A stretch of DNA of 63,312 nucleotides, counting the filler, from Octopus bimaculoides (taxonomy: Eukaryota): NCBI RefSeq assembly GCF_001194135.2. It is 4 parts of 4 records of this genome, joined end to end, with 100 filler letters (N's around TTAATTAATTAA, not from the genome) between each part and the next. Parts side by side here need not be neighbours in the genome. Positions count along the whole stretch, not along the records: positions 1 to 30,312 come from NC_068986.1; positions 30,413 to 57,429 come from NC_068995.1; 2 more parts are not named here. One strand, given 5' to 3'. Positions 24,980 to 37,280 of the stretch are shown here, in pieces. Every line of letters starts with the position of its first letter. Position 1 is the stretch's first letter. The notes under the pieces are model-generated. The model worked only from the letters and a program-made list of their open reading frames with translations. It was not told the origin of the DNA and made no database searches. The position numbers and the translations under genes were made by a program.

Positions 24980-25522
24980 TTCCGGATTGTTTTACCGGCG
25001 GTATCGATGTGGATGACGGGTGTACTTGTGCTGGTATTGGAAGACTTTTCATTGAGTTGAGTTGTCTTGCTCTCTTTATGATGATGTGTATTTGGAGGAT
25101 TTGATTCATCCTACGATCCCTTTCTGGTAAATGAATTTTCTAGAGAATGGTGCTAAGGCCTCATTGTTTAGGGGGTTGTGTGTGGATATGTATGATAAGG
25201 CTTTTGGTTGTAAATGCTTCTTTTATTTTGGGATGTATAAATTCTTGGATGTTGATTTGTAGGGCACGTTGAAACCTCACATTAGTTAGTGATGGTGGGT
25301 AATTCCTGCTGATGAGTATATCCTGTAGCTCATGTAGACGTGTGTCTCTGGTGCTTGTATTACATGCTACAGTGCAAATTCTTTTTTCCCAGGTTGAAAG
25401 GGATATTTATTCCGGTGTTTCTATGGTGGCATGAGTTGAACGGTAGATATTGCTTGGAGTCTGTGGGCTTATAGCGTATGCCTGTTTCTAATTTGCTGTT
25501 GCATTTCTTAAAGAGTAATACT
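24980..25522 (-). pseudogene. Penelope-like retroelement RT thumb + linker fragment (Neptune-like), frameshifted
   Basis: Minus-strand translation VLLFKKCNSKLETGIRYKPTDSKQYLPFNSCHHRNTGINIPFNLGK [+1 in A6 run] RICTVACNTSTRDTRLHELQDILISRNYPPSLT... [shift] LSYISTHNPLNNEA... [shift] DRRMNQILQIHIIIKRARQLNSMKSL. This matches the PLE motifs YxKPTDxxQYLxxxSCHxxHxxxxIP...RIC, L...RxYP and P/S-Y...HNP. Confidence 0.88.
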
Positions 25523-28500
25523 CATTTTTCTTGTTTTACTCTTAGTCCAAAAAGTCGAAAAGACTGAAACCGGTACTAATCTTTACAAAATGTATTTCAT
25601 GATAAAATTATATTTGCGTTTTCTACCTTGTCTTATTTCCCCTATACATATAAACTCGTGTGTTACTACTTTTAGACCTTCTAAACAGACAAACACACAG
25701 ACTCACACACACAGACATATATATGTGTGCATGTATGTCTATACATATGCGTCTGAGCGTATATTTATTTAGGCAATAAAGGTAAAACATCTTGTCTTCG
25801 AAGTTTTAAAAATGTGTAAAGTAACATCTCTAACTACAAAAAAGCCCCAAACTTATTAATCTGTTTATAAAAAAAACTAATTTCAAAAGATCAAACAATT
25901 GAATATTATCAAAAAAAGATAAAATAATATAAAACTTGTTTCCTCTGATCCAGTGAGACAAAACAAGTCTACTCTTAGTAATCAGAGGTTACTATAAGCC
26001 TCTGTATAGTTTGTCATTTCACAGTTTCGTAAAAGAAAGCTGTCTACTTTCTACTTCTCAGCGATACAATTTGTTTCTATTCTTTCTCTTTGGAAAAACA
26101 ATGCATACTAAAACTTATGATAATTCAAATATGGAAACTTTAAATATAAGCAAATGCCTTTTAAAATATCTCCCTAAATAAGCAACCTATTCTCAAATTA
26201 ACTAACTTCACTGGCATGCACACAATGTATGAAATCCTCTCATCACTTAAAAATTAAATGTGAATCTAATGCAGCTTATATTCCCAACTTACCTATTTAA
26301 GTTAACATTTCAAATTACACTTCTTTCCATAGAGGACAAGTGAAATACATTAACATTCGTGCACTTGCTTGAAGATTCGTGCACTTGCTTGAAGTATTCC
26401 CATTTGGCAGTTATATAATATTATTTGATTCCTATACCGTGCATCTCATATTACATTCCTTACAACGTTTCATATTTCTCTACTGAACTATCTTTATTCA
26501 ATTCTTCATTGCAATTTCTCTCCATGCGTTTGAAAATTTATGCCATCTGTAATTCTGCCTTCATGACATATATCGATATGTCTAGTATCTCATGCCGACT
26601 GTAACTCTACTTTTGTAGTATAAACTCTAACACAGTTGTATGGCTCTCTCAATGACTCTCATAAAGAAATGCTCTTTCCTATCTTCTCTAAAATAAAAAA
26701 AAAAAAAAACTTCTGACAAACTCCCCAGCGTTTTCAATGAAGCATTATCCTAGACAATTAATGTATTTTAAGAGATTATTGAAACGACGCAACCACTGCT
26801 TTAAATTATAGGAACTATAGGTATCTAAAAAGAAAACGGTTTTAAAAAGTGCATTGCCTCGTTGATTTAATTCATCAAAGCGGTCTAGTTCACATATCTT
26901 GCATTAAGATTTTATCAATAAAGATCATCCTGGGTTTCCAGAATTAAAATAACATGCATTTAGTAAAAGCGAAGTAAACAATGTAAATATATTTGGTATG
27001 AATGAAAATAAGTTGATAAAATGTAACTCCCAAGCTGACAACATTGGAAGGAAAAACCCTGTGGACTCGAGTATAGAAGTCTATTATGCTTTAAGGCAGT
27101 GTATGAAGTCAGTATATATTTAGGAGGATAAAAGCACTGGTATTGCGTTGGGAAGGAGCAATATTTTAAAGCCTTACATGATTTAGTTGTGTATCTCGTT
27201 CTAAGTTCAAGTCAACAATACCTATCCTTATTAGCAATGAAATACTAGTAATATATTCAGTCGACTTGGGGCATATTTCGTCCGGGCTTTCTATATGATT
27301 GTTTTGACAGAATACAATATTCAAATTGGGTATTTGACTAGCTAGAAATAGAAACTCAATTCCTCTGAAGCCGAAATCTATTATCTTAAAAATGGAAAAC
27401 ATATAGAAGATAATGGAACTCACGATTCATTGCATACTGAACAAAAAGACAAAGTATTCATGAAATATATTTGATCATAGGTGTGATTATAGTTCTGACC
27501 TGAGGTGGGAGAGGTTAACAGCAACAACAGCAACAACAACAGAAGTTCATTTATAATGACACTGGAGGTTTTCACACAATAGTAATGATAAAAAAAGAAA
27601 ACGAAATTATTCTGAAATAACGGAATCAATTATTATTTTACAGCAAAGTAATTATACGAAAATCACCAGATATTGATTATATATTTTATTGTCTTTCTAC
27701 TAATTGCCATTAAAATAGACGAAATGAAAATGTCCCAAATCATTACAACAATCGTCGGCATATATTCCTTTTAATATTTTTGGTTTAAATTCATTCGATA
27801 TCAGCGATAAATGATAAGATCTATGTTACAAAATTATCTCCTACAAATGGTTGCTCCTCAAAGAAAAGGTGCTATTAGGTGAATATTCAATGGAGTATAT
27901 CATTAGAATCAACGCTACAATCACCTCACCCTACACCAGTATCATTACCATCTACCCAACTATCACCGCTATCGCCATTATCTTCATCGTTCACGTCATC
28001 TTCAACATTTTCTTCTTCGTTATCATCCTCATCACCATCACCATCATCATTATCGTCATTGTGGTCGACGTCACATTAGACGTCACCGTTATTATTCTCA
28101 ACTCCCCCACCTTTACAGCACTTTCTTCCTCATCGACATCAACGTCATCGTCAGCATGTATTGAGAATCGAGTAATGATGTTTGGTGAACAATTATTCTA
28201 TTTGTCTGGATGGCAAAAAGTTTCATATAATCTTCAGTTCAAAGTATTCTTTTACTGATATTTATCATTGCAACTTTTATGTGAAATGCTGTATCCGTAT
28301 TGCATATTTTTTTTAACAAACTAAATTCCACCGAGATTAAACATTTCGCATCATGTTGCAATATGATTAATATTACGCACTTCGTAATCTTATAGTCGAA
28401 ACCTGTTCGTTGAAGTGGTGGAAAAAACAAATTTTCTCAGTGAACGAGTGTTCAGAGTTTCCTTTTGAATAATGCCAACTATAAAACAAAGTTTGTCTCT

Positions 28501-29552
28501 TTAAAATCCAACTCCAGAGACACTCACTGCAAGTCTACAGGTTTCACACTCTTTCCATAACCGTTTCGTACACGAGTAGCAACACTAATACTTTTTTCTA
28601 ATGGTTCCTTTCTCAGAATATATTTTGTAACAGGCTGTTTTTCCCGGTTTCACTCGGGCAGTGTAGTGGATTTGGTTAAAGGCTATTTTCTATGTATATT
28701 TTGAATAATAAAAAGAACTAAAAATAAAACAAATAAAAAATTCCAAAAACAAAAAACAAATAAGAACAACCCCAAAAGAATACGATGCTAAGGATTTTTC
28801 GGGTCGATATTGTAAAACTAACTTCACGTGTGTACCCATAGCCCCATGTAGTCACGGAACCTTATTTGTGGTATATCCTCGCCTTAAAAGAAAAATATAT
28901 AGTAGTGCGGTTGTTGTATTGGCGACACAAGAATGTTAATCGAAACTTCAAGATCAATCATAGGTTGGACGTTCATGTACACTGATTAGAATTGTGAATT
29001 TCAATTATTGAAAATGCGTTACCGGATGGATACAGTTGTGCAGAGTCCGTTTGTCTCAATATGGAAAAGCTGTTTGAATGTCGACGTTTGAAGACATTTG
29101 TAACTGAAGTTTAAAAGAACATAGTAATTAGAAAGAGACGTAAGCTATAGCTTTTTTTTTTAATGCACCAAAAATTTAAATAATTTTTTTTCTGTACCTC
29201 TGATTCAAATTTTCGAAAAACAAAACCAGCCACATTACTTGGAAAAAAAATAATCTTTATTGTGCTGGTTTTTCGTAAAATTTCGCGCATAGCAAAGGCA
29301 ACAAAATCGCCCCTCCCCATTTTGAATGGGATATTTCTATCTTAAAAAGTAATAATCGATTATCTCGGTAACCATGGGAGTTGGATGGCAATAAAAATCT
29401 CCTGAACATGAGCGGCCCATGCTGCCGCTTTGTGCTGAATTTCTTGCCATTCCCCTGCACCGTTCTCGAGTGAATTTGCCGACACTCAATCAATCAATCA
29501 AGCAAACTAGCAATCAAGATCACTGCAATTTATAGTATAGATTGCTTCTACA

Positions 29553-29682
29553 CTTGAGCAGCGCACGCAAAATATTTCATGGCATTTCATCCATCTTTAT
29601 GTTCAGCTTTCAAATACAACCGAAGTTTACCTTACCTTCCATCTTTTCAGGGTCTATAAATTAAGAAGCAGTTGAACAGTGA
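29553..29682 (+). mobile_element. SINE family B, old copy
   Basis: caaaatatttcatggcatttcatccatctttatgttc...ccttccatcttttcagggtctataaattaag. Confidence 0.65.
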
Positions 29683-29754
29683 TACTTCTCAAAAATTGCT
29701 AGCCTTCAGTCAATGTCTGAAGCTATTGTTAATATACATATATATCAAGGGTGA

Positions 29755-29912
29755 ACAGATAGAATGTTTAGTTCGCTGGACAAAATGTCTGGTTGTATTT
29801 CGAGTGTTTCCATTCTGTGAGTCCTAATTTCGCCGAGGTCGTATTTGCCTTCCATCCAGTCGGGGTTGATAGAATAAGTACCAACTGAGTGCGGGGGTTC
29901 GATGTAATGGAC
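29755..29912 (+). mobile_element. SINE family B
   Basis: aatttcgccgaggtcgtatttgccttccatccagtcggggttgatagaataagtaccaactgag. Confidence 0.8.
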
Positions 29913-29960
29913 TTTTTTATTATTATTCATTTATGCGCCTTTTTTTCATTATTTATTTAT

Positions 29961-30250
29961 GCGCCCTAGCCAGCCTCATGGGCCCGGTTTCCCGGTTTCT
30001 ATGGCGTATGTGTTCCCCCCACAGCTGGACGGGACGCCAGTCCATCGCAACTTTACTCAAGAAACAGGAAGAAAGAGTCAGAGAAAGTTGGGGCGAATAA
30101 GTACAACAGTGGTCGCCACCACCCCCTGCCGGGGCCTCGTGGAGCTTCAGGTCTTTTCGCTCAATAAACACATACAGCGCCTGGTCTGGGAATCGAAACC
30201 GCGATCCTCTTAACGCAAGTCCGCTGCTCTAACCACTGGGCCATTTCGAC
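29961..30250 (-). mobile_element. SINE family C variant (same head as 41212, different 3' tail)
   Basis: Head on minus strand tggcccagtggttagagcagcggacttgcg..gatcgcggtttcgattccc; body shared with 41212-41370; tail gatggactggcgtcccgtccagctg..gggaacacatacgcc is not shared. Confidence 0.88.
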
Positions 30251-30312
30251 TCCAATAGACTTACGCACTGCCCTTAAATTACTGGCCTTGTGCCAAAATT
30301 TGAAATCAATAG

Positions 30313-30412
30313 NNNNNNNNNNNNNNNNNNNNNNNNNNNNNNNNNNNNNNNNNNNNTTAATTAATTAANNNNNNNNNNNNNNNNNNNNNNNNNNNNNNNN
30401 NNNNNNNNNNNN
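30313..30412. other. Artificial scaffold-join linker 44N-TTAATTAATTAA-44N
   Basis: Exactly 100 bp; the 12-mer has stops in all six frames; identical structure at 57430 and 61220. Confidence 0.95.
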
Positions 30413-30452
30413 AATCATAGACGCGTTTCTGGATTATGAGCGATAATACTCA

Positions 30453-30493
<41 letters not shown>

Positions 30494-31151
30494 TTACTTG
30501 GAGGCAATGCGTGGCGTTCGATCATATAATAACATAAATAATATATAATTATATGCATATATCCATACATATATGTACATACCGACATCAATATGTATAC
30601 ATACAAGCACATATGGGTACAGGACATCACAAAAAACTTTAAACACAATGAGAAACGAAAATAAAGACGAAAGCAGAAAACGAACTTTTACCAACCATGC
30701 GGTTGGTAAGCAAGCTACTTACCACAGCCACTCCTACGCTAAAATATCAACTGCTGTTTCGAAATAAACAAACGGAACTTTAGAGTTAAACCTCACTTAC
30801 CTGCAGAGTTTCCTGTCAGTGGGCAAAAGCGTGCGTATTACATGTCCATCCAGTTACATGTACACACACATACACATACACACACACATAATATATATAC
30901 ACGGCGTTAAACTGGAGTTTTAAAGCAAGTTTAGTCATGATAACAAAATATTAACAAATAGTTGGGTAGGATTTGGGGGATTAAACCAAATTTTATTGAG
31001 TAATTCTCATTGAAATTTAAACCTGGAAGAGTTGGGTAAGTAGTCTGGCGAAACTTACAGTCCTAGTCACAGCAAATTTTACAATACACAAATACACACA
31101 CGCATTGTACATACACACGTACATACACACATATATACATATACACATACA

Positions 31152-31316
31152 CCAGATGTGCCATCAAAACTTTTGATTGGACCATATCAGGTGGGGGAAA
31201 AGAGCCATGCAAGGAACGTGAAGAGAGCACAGCATAAAGACGGAAAATCACGGTGGTGCACCAGCATGACCGCAGCCACTTGGCTGAAACACATAAATAA
31301 ATAAATAAATAAATAA
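31152..31316 (+). mobile_element. Short 3' end of a CR1/L2-type LINE with (AAAT)n tail
   Basis: ccagatgtgcca (PDVP) then tcaaaacttttgatt, 3' stem-loop ggtggtgcaccagcatgaccgcagccacttggctgaaac, then (aaat)n. Confidence 0.65.
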
Positions 31317-31340
31317 AAAATACATATATATGTCTCTCTC

Positions 31341-31372
<32 letters not shown>

Positions 31373-31634
31373 NNNNNNNNNNNNNNNNNNNNNNNNNNNN
31401 NNNNNNNNNNNNNNNNNNNNNNNNNNNNNNNNNNNNNNNNNNNNNNNNNNNNNNNNNNNNNNNNNNNNNNNNNNNNNNNNNNNNNNNNNNNNNNNNNNNN
31501 NNNNNNNNNNNNNNNNNNNNNNNNNNNNNNNNNNNNNNNNNNNNNNNNNNNNNNNNNNNNNNNNNNNNNNNNNNNNNNNNNNNNNNNNNNNNNNNNNNNN
31601 NNNNNNNNNNNNNNNNNNNNNNNNNNNNNNNNNN

Positions 31635-31675
<41 letters not shown>

Positions 31676-32504
31676 GTATGTATTTGTGTGCAGACAAATA
31701 CTCATATGCGTACACTTTTTATATACCTCTGCCTAGAAACCATTGAATCGCAGTCATCTATGTCACTGACTGATATGTTGATGTTCCCACTAGTTGTATA
31801 CAAATATGTCTACGTATTTCTATACATTTCCTCTTCACTGGACGAAGAGTAAATCTGTTTATATTNNNNNNNNNNGTTTAATGAATGAATATGAGCAACC
31901 ACATAACCCTCAAATCACATCCTGATACCTTAAATAAGAAGGAAATAACTTACAATGCTGCCTAGGTACATTATGCCGAAATAATAATAATAATAAAGGA
32001 AGAATACATAACCGGATGGGCTCGATTGGAACACAAATCGAATATTGAAAATGTCTACTCAGAGAATAACAGACATGCACGCAAGTAAAATGTGGAGCGT
32101 GAGAAATCGGTGAAAGAGAGAGAGATCTCTATATAAAAGGAACAAACTGTATCGATAAAGAAAACAATGATCATTTATACGTATATCTAATCACACGCAG
32201 AAAAAATGCATGTGACGCTGAAAATCGGAAGTAGCGCCATTATGCTTTCATGAAAGACCCCAATGACAGTATTGAATTTTGTCACGGGCAGTAAGTAACT
32301 TCGAGATATTCAGAAATAACAGACACCCAGAATTTCGGCATTTCTGACACTAAATACAAAGAACTGTCGAGAGTAACCAATATATACGACGTATTCATAA
32401 CACAAAACGTATCATTTACACAATGTACTGTCGATTTAATGGCGCAAAACTCATTTCCTGAACTCAAAAACGTTTTTCTTTTTATTATTATCGTTTACAA
32501 TAAG

Positions 32505-32700
32505 AAGGCGGAGTGGTAAGAACGCCAGGATAAATGCTTAGTGGCATTCTATCTGTCTTTATGTTCTACGTTCCAATTTCGCCGAGATCAACTTTGCATT
32601 TCATCCTTTCGAGGTCGATAAATTGAGGGCGATGTAACACTGAGGGCGATGTAATCGACTAGTCCCCTCGCCTAATACTTCAGACATTGTACCTTTAGTA
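32505..32700 (+). mobile_element. SINE family B with internal 17-bp duplication/deletion
   Basis: aatgcttagtggcatt...tttcatcctttcgaggtcgataaattgagggcgatgtaacactgagggcgatgtaatcgact. Confidence 0.85.
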
Positions 32701-32721
32701 GAGAGTATTATCATTTACGAT

Positions 32722-32938
32722 ATGAAGGCGGCGAGCTGGTGGAACCGTAAGCACGCCGGGTAAGATGCTTAGCGTCATTGCGTTCCTATTTACGTTCTAA
32801 GTTCAAATTCCGCCGAGGTCGCCTTTGCCTTTCATCCTTCCAGAGTCGGTAAAATGAGTACCAGTTGAGCATTGGGGATGATGTAATCGGTTCTCCCTTT
32901 TCTTCCGAAATTACTGGTGTTGTTCCAAAGTAAGAAAA
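32722..32938 (+). mobile_element. SINE family B, near full length
   Basis: gaaggcggcgagctgg..aaccgtaagcacgccggg...agttcaaattccgccgaggtcgcctttgcctttcatccttccagagtcggtaaaatgagtaccagttgagc. Confidence 0.92.
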
Positions 32939-35374
32939 AACTGTCATATATGATGTAGAAAGGGAGATTATCAAATTCATTAAAGGGTTTGAAAAATACT
33001 ACATACGTAATTCTTCAATTCTGAATTTAAATCCTGCCGAAGTCACCTTTGGCTTTTACCATTTTAGAGTCGCTAAAATAAAGTTCCAGGTCAAGTACTG
33101 CCAGTAATGGTATCGATTAATGGTTTTGTGTGTAAGCAAGAAAGCATACGATATGGGGTTATGGAGAGGTAGACTCGTTATAGCTAACTACTTCAGCACT
33201 TGGTAACATTGTGTTGATATGTCTAATGTTATTTTTCCCCATGTAATCATTCTCGATAGTGTATATTCATGATGTCTTTCTTTAACCTGTCTTGAAATTT
33301 AACATTTCTTGAAATTGACTATAGACACACGGTATACTTTCTCCAAGAGAGTATTCAATTTTGTCTACCATTAACCGGCTATAGCACTCAAGGGGTACCG
33401 TATTATCGGCCGCATTATATATAAGTGTGTGTGTGTGCGCGCGCGCATATATATCGGCACTGTGTCTCTGCAGCGCAGGCAGGAACCACTATTAGGTATT
33501 AGTAATATTAAAGAATATTTGTATGTATGTGAATAACCTCATGAACGTCATTCAAATACCTCTCTACACTACTTTGGTCTGTTCTGTGAGAGTAATAGAT
33601 CAGCGAAAAGTAAAGATGACTCACAGGTGATTTGATCTCATAAATGTAGAACAGACCTAAGGAAATGTCTTATCACTCAAAGATGAATTGTGTGACCATT
33701 AAGAGCTTGCAGAAGGAAATTTGTATTTTGAAATGTAAGGAAATTTGTATTTTACGAAATCATAGATATATTATATTATATATATATATATATATATGTA
33801 TATATNNNNNNNNNNNNNNNNNNNNNNNNNNNNNNNNNNNNNNNNNNNNNNNNNNNNNNNNNNNNNNNNNNNNNNNNNNNNNNNNNNNNNNNNNNNNNNN
33901 NNNNNNNNNNNNNNNNNNNNNNNNNNNNNNNNNNNNNNNNNNNNNNNNNNNNNNNNNNNNNNNNNNNNNNNNNNNNNNNNNNNNNNNNNNNNNNNNNNNN
34001 NNNNNNNNNNNNNNNNNNNNNNNNNNNNNNNNNNNNNNNNNNNNNNNNNNNNNNNNNNNNNNNNNNNNNNNNNNNNNNNNNNNNNNNNNNNNNNNNNNNN
34101 NNNNNNNNNNNNNNNNNNNNNNNNNNNNNNNNNNNNNNNNNNNNNNNNNNNNNNNNNNNNNNNNNNNNNNNNNNNNNNNNNNNNNNNNNNNNNNNNNNNN
34201 NNNNNNNNNNNNNNNNNNNNNNNNNNNNNNNNNNNNNNNNNNNNNNNNNNNNNNNNNNNNNNNNNNNNNNNNNNNNNNNNNNNNNNNNNNNNNNNNNNNN
34301 NNNNNNNNNNNNNNNNNNNNNNNNNNNNNNNNNNNNNNNNNNNNNNNNNNNNNNNNNNNNNNNNNNNNNNNNNNNNNNNNNNNNNNNNNNNNNNNNNNNN
34401 NNNNNNNNNNNNNNNNNNNNNNNNNNNNNNNNNNNNNNNNNNNNNNNNNNNNNNNNNNNNNNNNNNNNNNNNNNNNNNNNNNNNNNNNNNNNNNNNNNNN
34501 NNNNNNNNNNNNNNNNNNNNNNNNNNNNNNNNNNNNNNNNNNNNNNNNNNNNNNNNNNNNNNNNNNNNNNNNNNNNNNNNNNNNNNNNNNNNNNNNNNNN
34601 NNNNNNNNNNNNNNNNNNTGAACAAAGGTGTGTAAAAAACGGCTGAGATACTGATACAGTGGATATTTGTGTTGAATATTTGTCTTTCGGAGTATTTAAT
34701 ATCACCGTTCGTTTAGAAACGGCGGTGGGGAATTTTTCACCTGCAATTCACATCTTGAAATCGATCGCAAGGTGAAATCTAAGTTTTCCCCATCTCTGCG
34801 TTATTGCTGTTTATTGCGATCGATTACTCTGTATTGGTTGAATCATCTTCTATCGTTTTCTGACACATTCTTTGGGAAAAATAAGACTCCGTATCCATAA
34901 TATAACGTTACAATGAGAACTTGATATGAAATATGAGTGCTTAGTGCAAAGTCAGACGTTCGGTACCGCATGACCGAATGACCGAATGACCAAGACTGTT
35001 ACTTTGCAACCAAGAGATCGATCTAACTGCGTTTCATCTTGAACAAATGTCTTTTCTACAGCATCATGTCGACCAAGGTGATGGAAATGAAACTTGGTCA
35101 TTGAAAGAGTCTCGGCAGAATTGCATTTGTAATTCCAAAACACAGACAGCCTTTTGATAATACTAGCTGCTTTGTTGAACTGATTCTTCCTGATGATTGC
35201 GTAAATGGTGTCGCTTGTCTGCGGAATACTCAGCACTACTTGTACGATAATTCCATGGCAAGTAATTCATTTATCGAACACCTCACTCATCCTTCGTTCA
35301 AAATTGTCACAGGATCGATTTATTTATTTCAATGCATTTACATATGTTTTATTTCTAAGAAATATAAAATGCAC

Positions 35375-35525
35375 ACGTGGCTTGTGGTTAAGAAGCTCAC
35401 TTGTAACAACTTTGTGGCGGGTTCAGTCCCACCGCGCGACAACTTGGCTAAGGGATTTCTACTAAATCATCGGACCAGGCAATGCTTCGTGAGGGAATTT
35501 GTTGGACGGAAACTGTGTGGAAGCA
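35375..35525 (+). mobile_element. SINE family A 5' half, decayed
   Basis: gtggcttgtggttaagaagc...gggttcagtcccaccgcgcgacaacttggc...ggacggaaactg. Confidence 0.75.
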
Positions 35526-35560
35526 AGCCCATCTAACGGTTCTGCTAGCTCACTGCCTTA

Positions 35561-35634
<74 letters not shown>

Positions 35635-35676
35635 TAATAATAATAATAATAACAATAATAATAATAATAATAATAA
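35561..35676. repeat. (AAT)n microsatellite; further tracts at 36235-36300 and 36517-36609
   Basis: Pure aat runs with occasional aac. Confidence 0.98.
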
Positions 35677-36234
35677 ATGCCCGGATGCAGTACCAGGCAG
35701 TGGCTCTCATGGCTTGCGATCTTAAGTGATTGGAAGTGTTATCATGTTCATTGTTTTGTATTGGTATAAAAAAGATGGGCTACAGCAAATATTCTGCTTA
35801 ATACCACAGATTTGGTTGTCCGTTGTTTGACCTTAACCAGTTGAGCATGTCCCTTGGTGGCTGACGATTATGTGCATCTCTGACCATGAGAAGAAGTATT
35901 GGGGGAGCATCATAGCCATGTGTTGAGAGGAATTCGTTGGGGTTTGAATAATTCACCTTTGGAAACATGGATGTTTTACTCAACATCCTTAAACAAACCT
36001 TATTCAGGGACCTTTTGAGCGGGATGGTTACTCGACCTGAAGAAAATTCTAATTGGGCCCCACCTGCGAGGTCATGCGCCGTTTATCTTGATATGGGACC
36101 ACCATGTTGCGCACATATATTTGTGATGCATGTGCCTGGTGTACCCTTATCAGACGGGTAGTCATGGTGGGTATAATGGGCTTCGTATATTTTACCCCAG
36201 TGTCACTTTGATGGCATGCCCAACACTCTCACTC
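35677..36234. mobile_element. Unclassified 558-bp interspersed-repeat-like segment flanked by (AAT)n on both sides
   Basis: Complex, higher-GC island with sharp borders inside (AAT)n. A similar end (atgc..ctc.cactc + aat) occurs at 62669-62690. No tRNA head and no recognisable ORF. Confidence 0.55.
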
Positions 36235-36288
<54 letters not shown>

Positions 36289-36300
36289 GACAACAATAAT

Positions 36301-36514
36301 CCTTTCTACTCTAGACACAACGACGCCCGAAATTTTTGGGGAGGGGTCAGTCGATTAGATCGACTCCAGTATGCAATTGGTACTTAATTTATCAACCCAG
36401 AAATGATGAAAGGCAAAGTCGACCTGGGCGGAATTTGAACTAAGTATATAGTGGTAGACGAAATGCCGCTAAGCATTTCGCCCGGCGTGATAACGATTCT
36501 GCCAGCTCACCGGC
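36301..36514 (-). mobile_element. SINE family B, near full length, between (AAT)n tracts
   Basis: gatcgactccagtatgcaattggtacttaatttatcaacccagaaatgatgaaaggcaaagtcgacctgggcggaatttgaact...gacgaaatgccgctaagcatttcgcccggcgtgataacgattctgccagctc. Confidence 0.93.
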
Positions 36515-36609
<95 letters not shown>

Positions 36610-37127
36610 CGATATGTATATATATATATATATTTGTATGTATCTGTATATTTATGTAAGTACGTAAACGCTCACACTGTCATGGAGGAATACGTGCAAA
36701 CATGATTTGTGTGTTTACCAATGAGTGGAAGTTCCGGATTAAAACTTTCCCATGCAATGGTATTCGTACACGGCAGACATGGTTAATTGAGAACTTATAG
36801 CGAATTGATATCTGATGGTATGTAGTTCGATCCCAAGTGACACAATGGTGTTTATATTATAAAGCAGAGTTAAGTCTGCCAAATAATCCATCTTATTGAA
36901 GTGAAAGTTAAGATAATGACTCATCTAAGGTAGATTTTCTATCTCTTTCGTTCCCAAATGCCTACTTAAATGTGCCTCTGTATCTATTACTTACCAGTAT
37001 TCACACACTCACGCACACGCACACACACACACACGCACACATATGTGTGTGAGTGTGTGAGTCTGTGTGCGTGTGAGTGAGTGTGTGTGTTCGTGTGTGC
37101 GTGTGTGTGTGTATGAGTTTACAAGTA

Positions 37128-37280
37128 CAGGCGTGGCTTTTTGGTAAGAATTTTGCTTCCTAATTGCACGGTTCCGGGTTCAGTCCCACTGCGCGTGAAC
37201 ATGGGCAGGTGTTTTGTAATATAGACCTAGACCGGGTGAAGCCGCTTGTAAGTGGATTAGTTAGATGCAAACAGAAATAA
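37128..37280 (+). mobile_element. SINE family A 5' half leading into (TA)n and a gap
   Basis: ggcgtggctttttggtaagaa...ggttccgggttcagtcccactgcg...gtaagtggattagttagatgcaaacagaaa. Confidence 0.8.

Noticed and set aside
27166-27423. 85-aa ORF with kinase-like KIIDFG and an LRR-like LNIVFCQNNHI
   Set aside because: No other kinase or LRR motifs and no convincing splice sites. The distal half resembles a decayed SINE-B (gacgaaat..., aagtcgact..., ttgaacttagaacg).
27851-28258. 135-aa Ile/Thr/Ser-rich and 66-aa poly-Ser ORFs; likewise 57074-57427 and 62846-63151
   Set aside because: Degenerate trinucleotide mosaics that are open in several frames, without supporting splice signals.
30357-30368. TTAATTAATTAA palindrome as a homeodomain site or piggyBac TTAA array
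   Set aside because: Always centred in exactly 44+44 N; an assembly linker.
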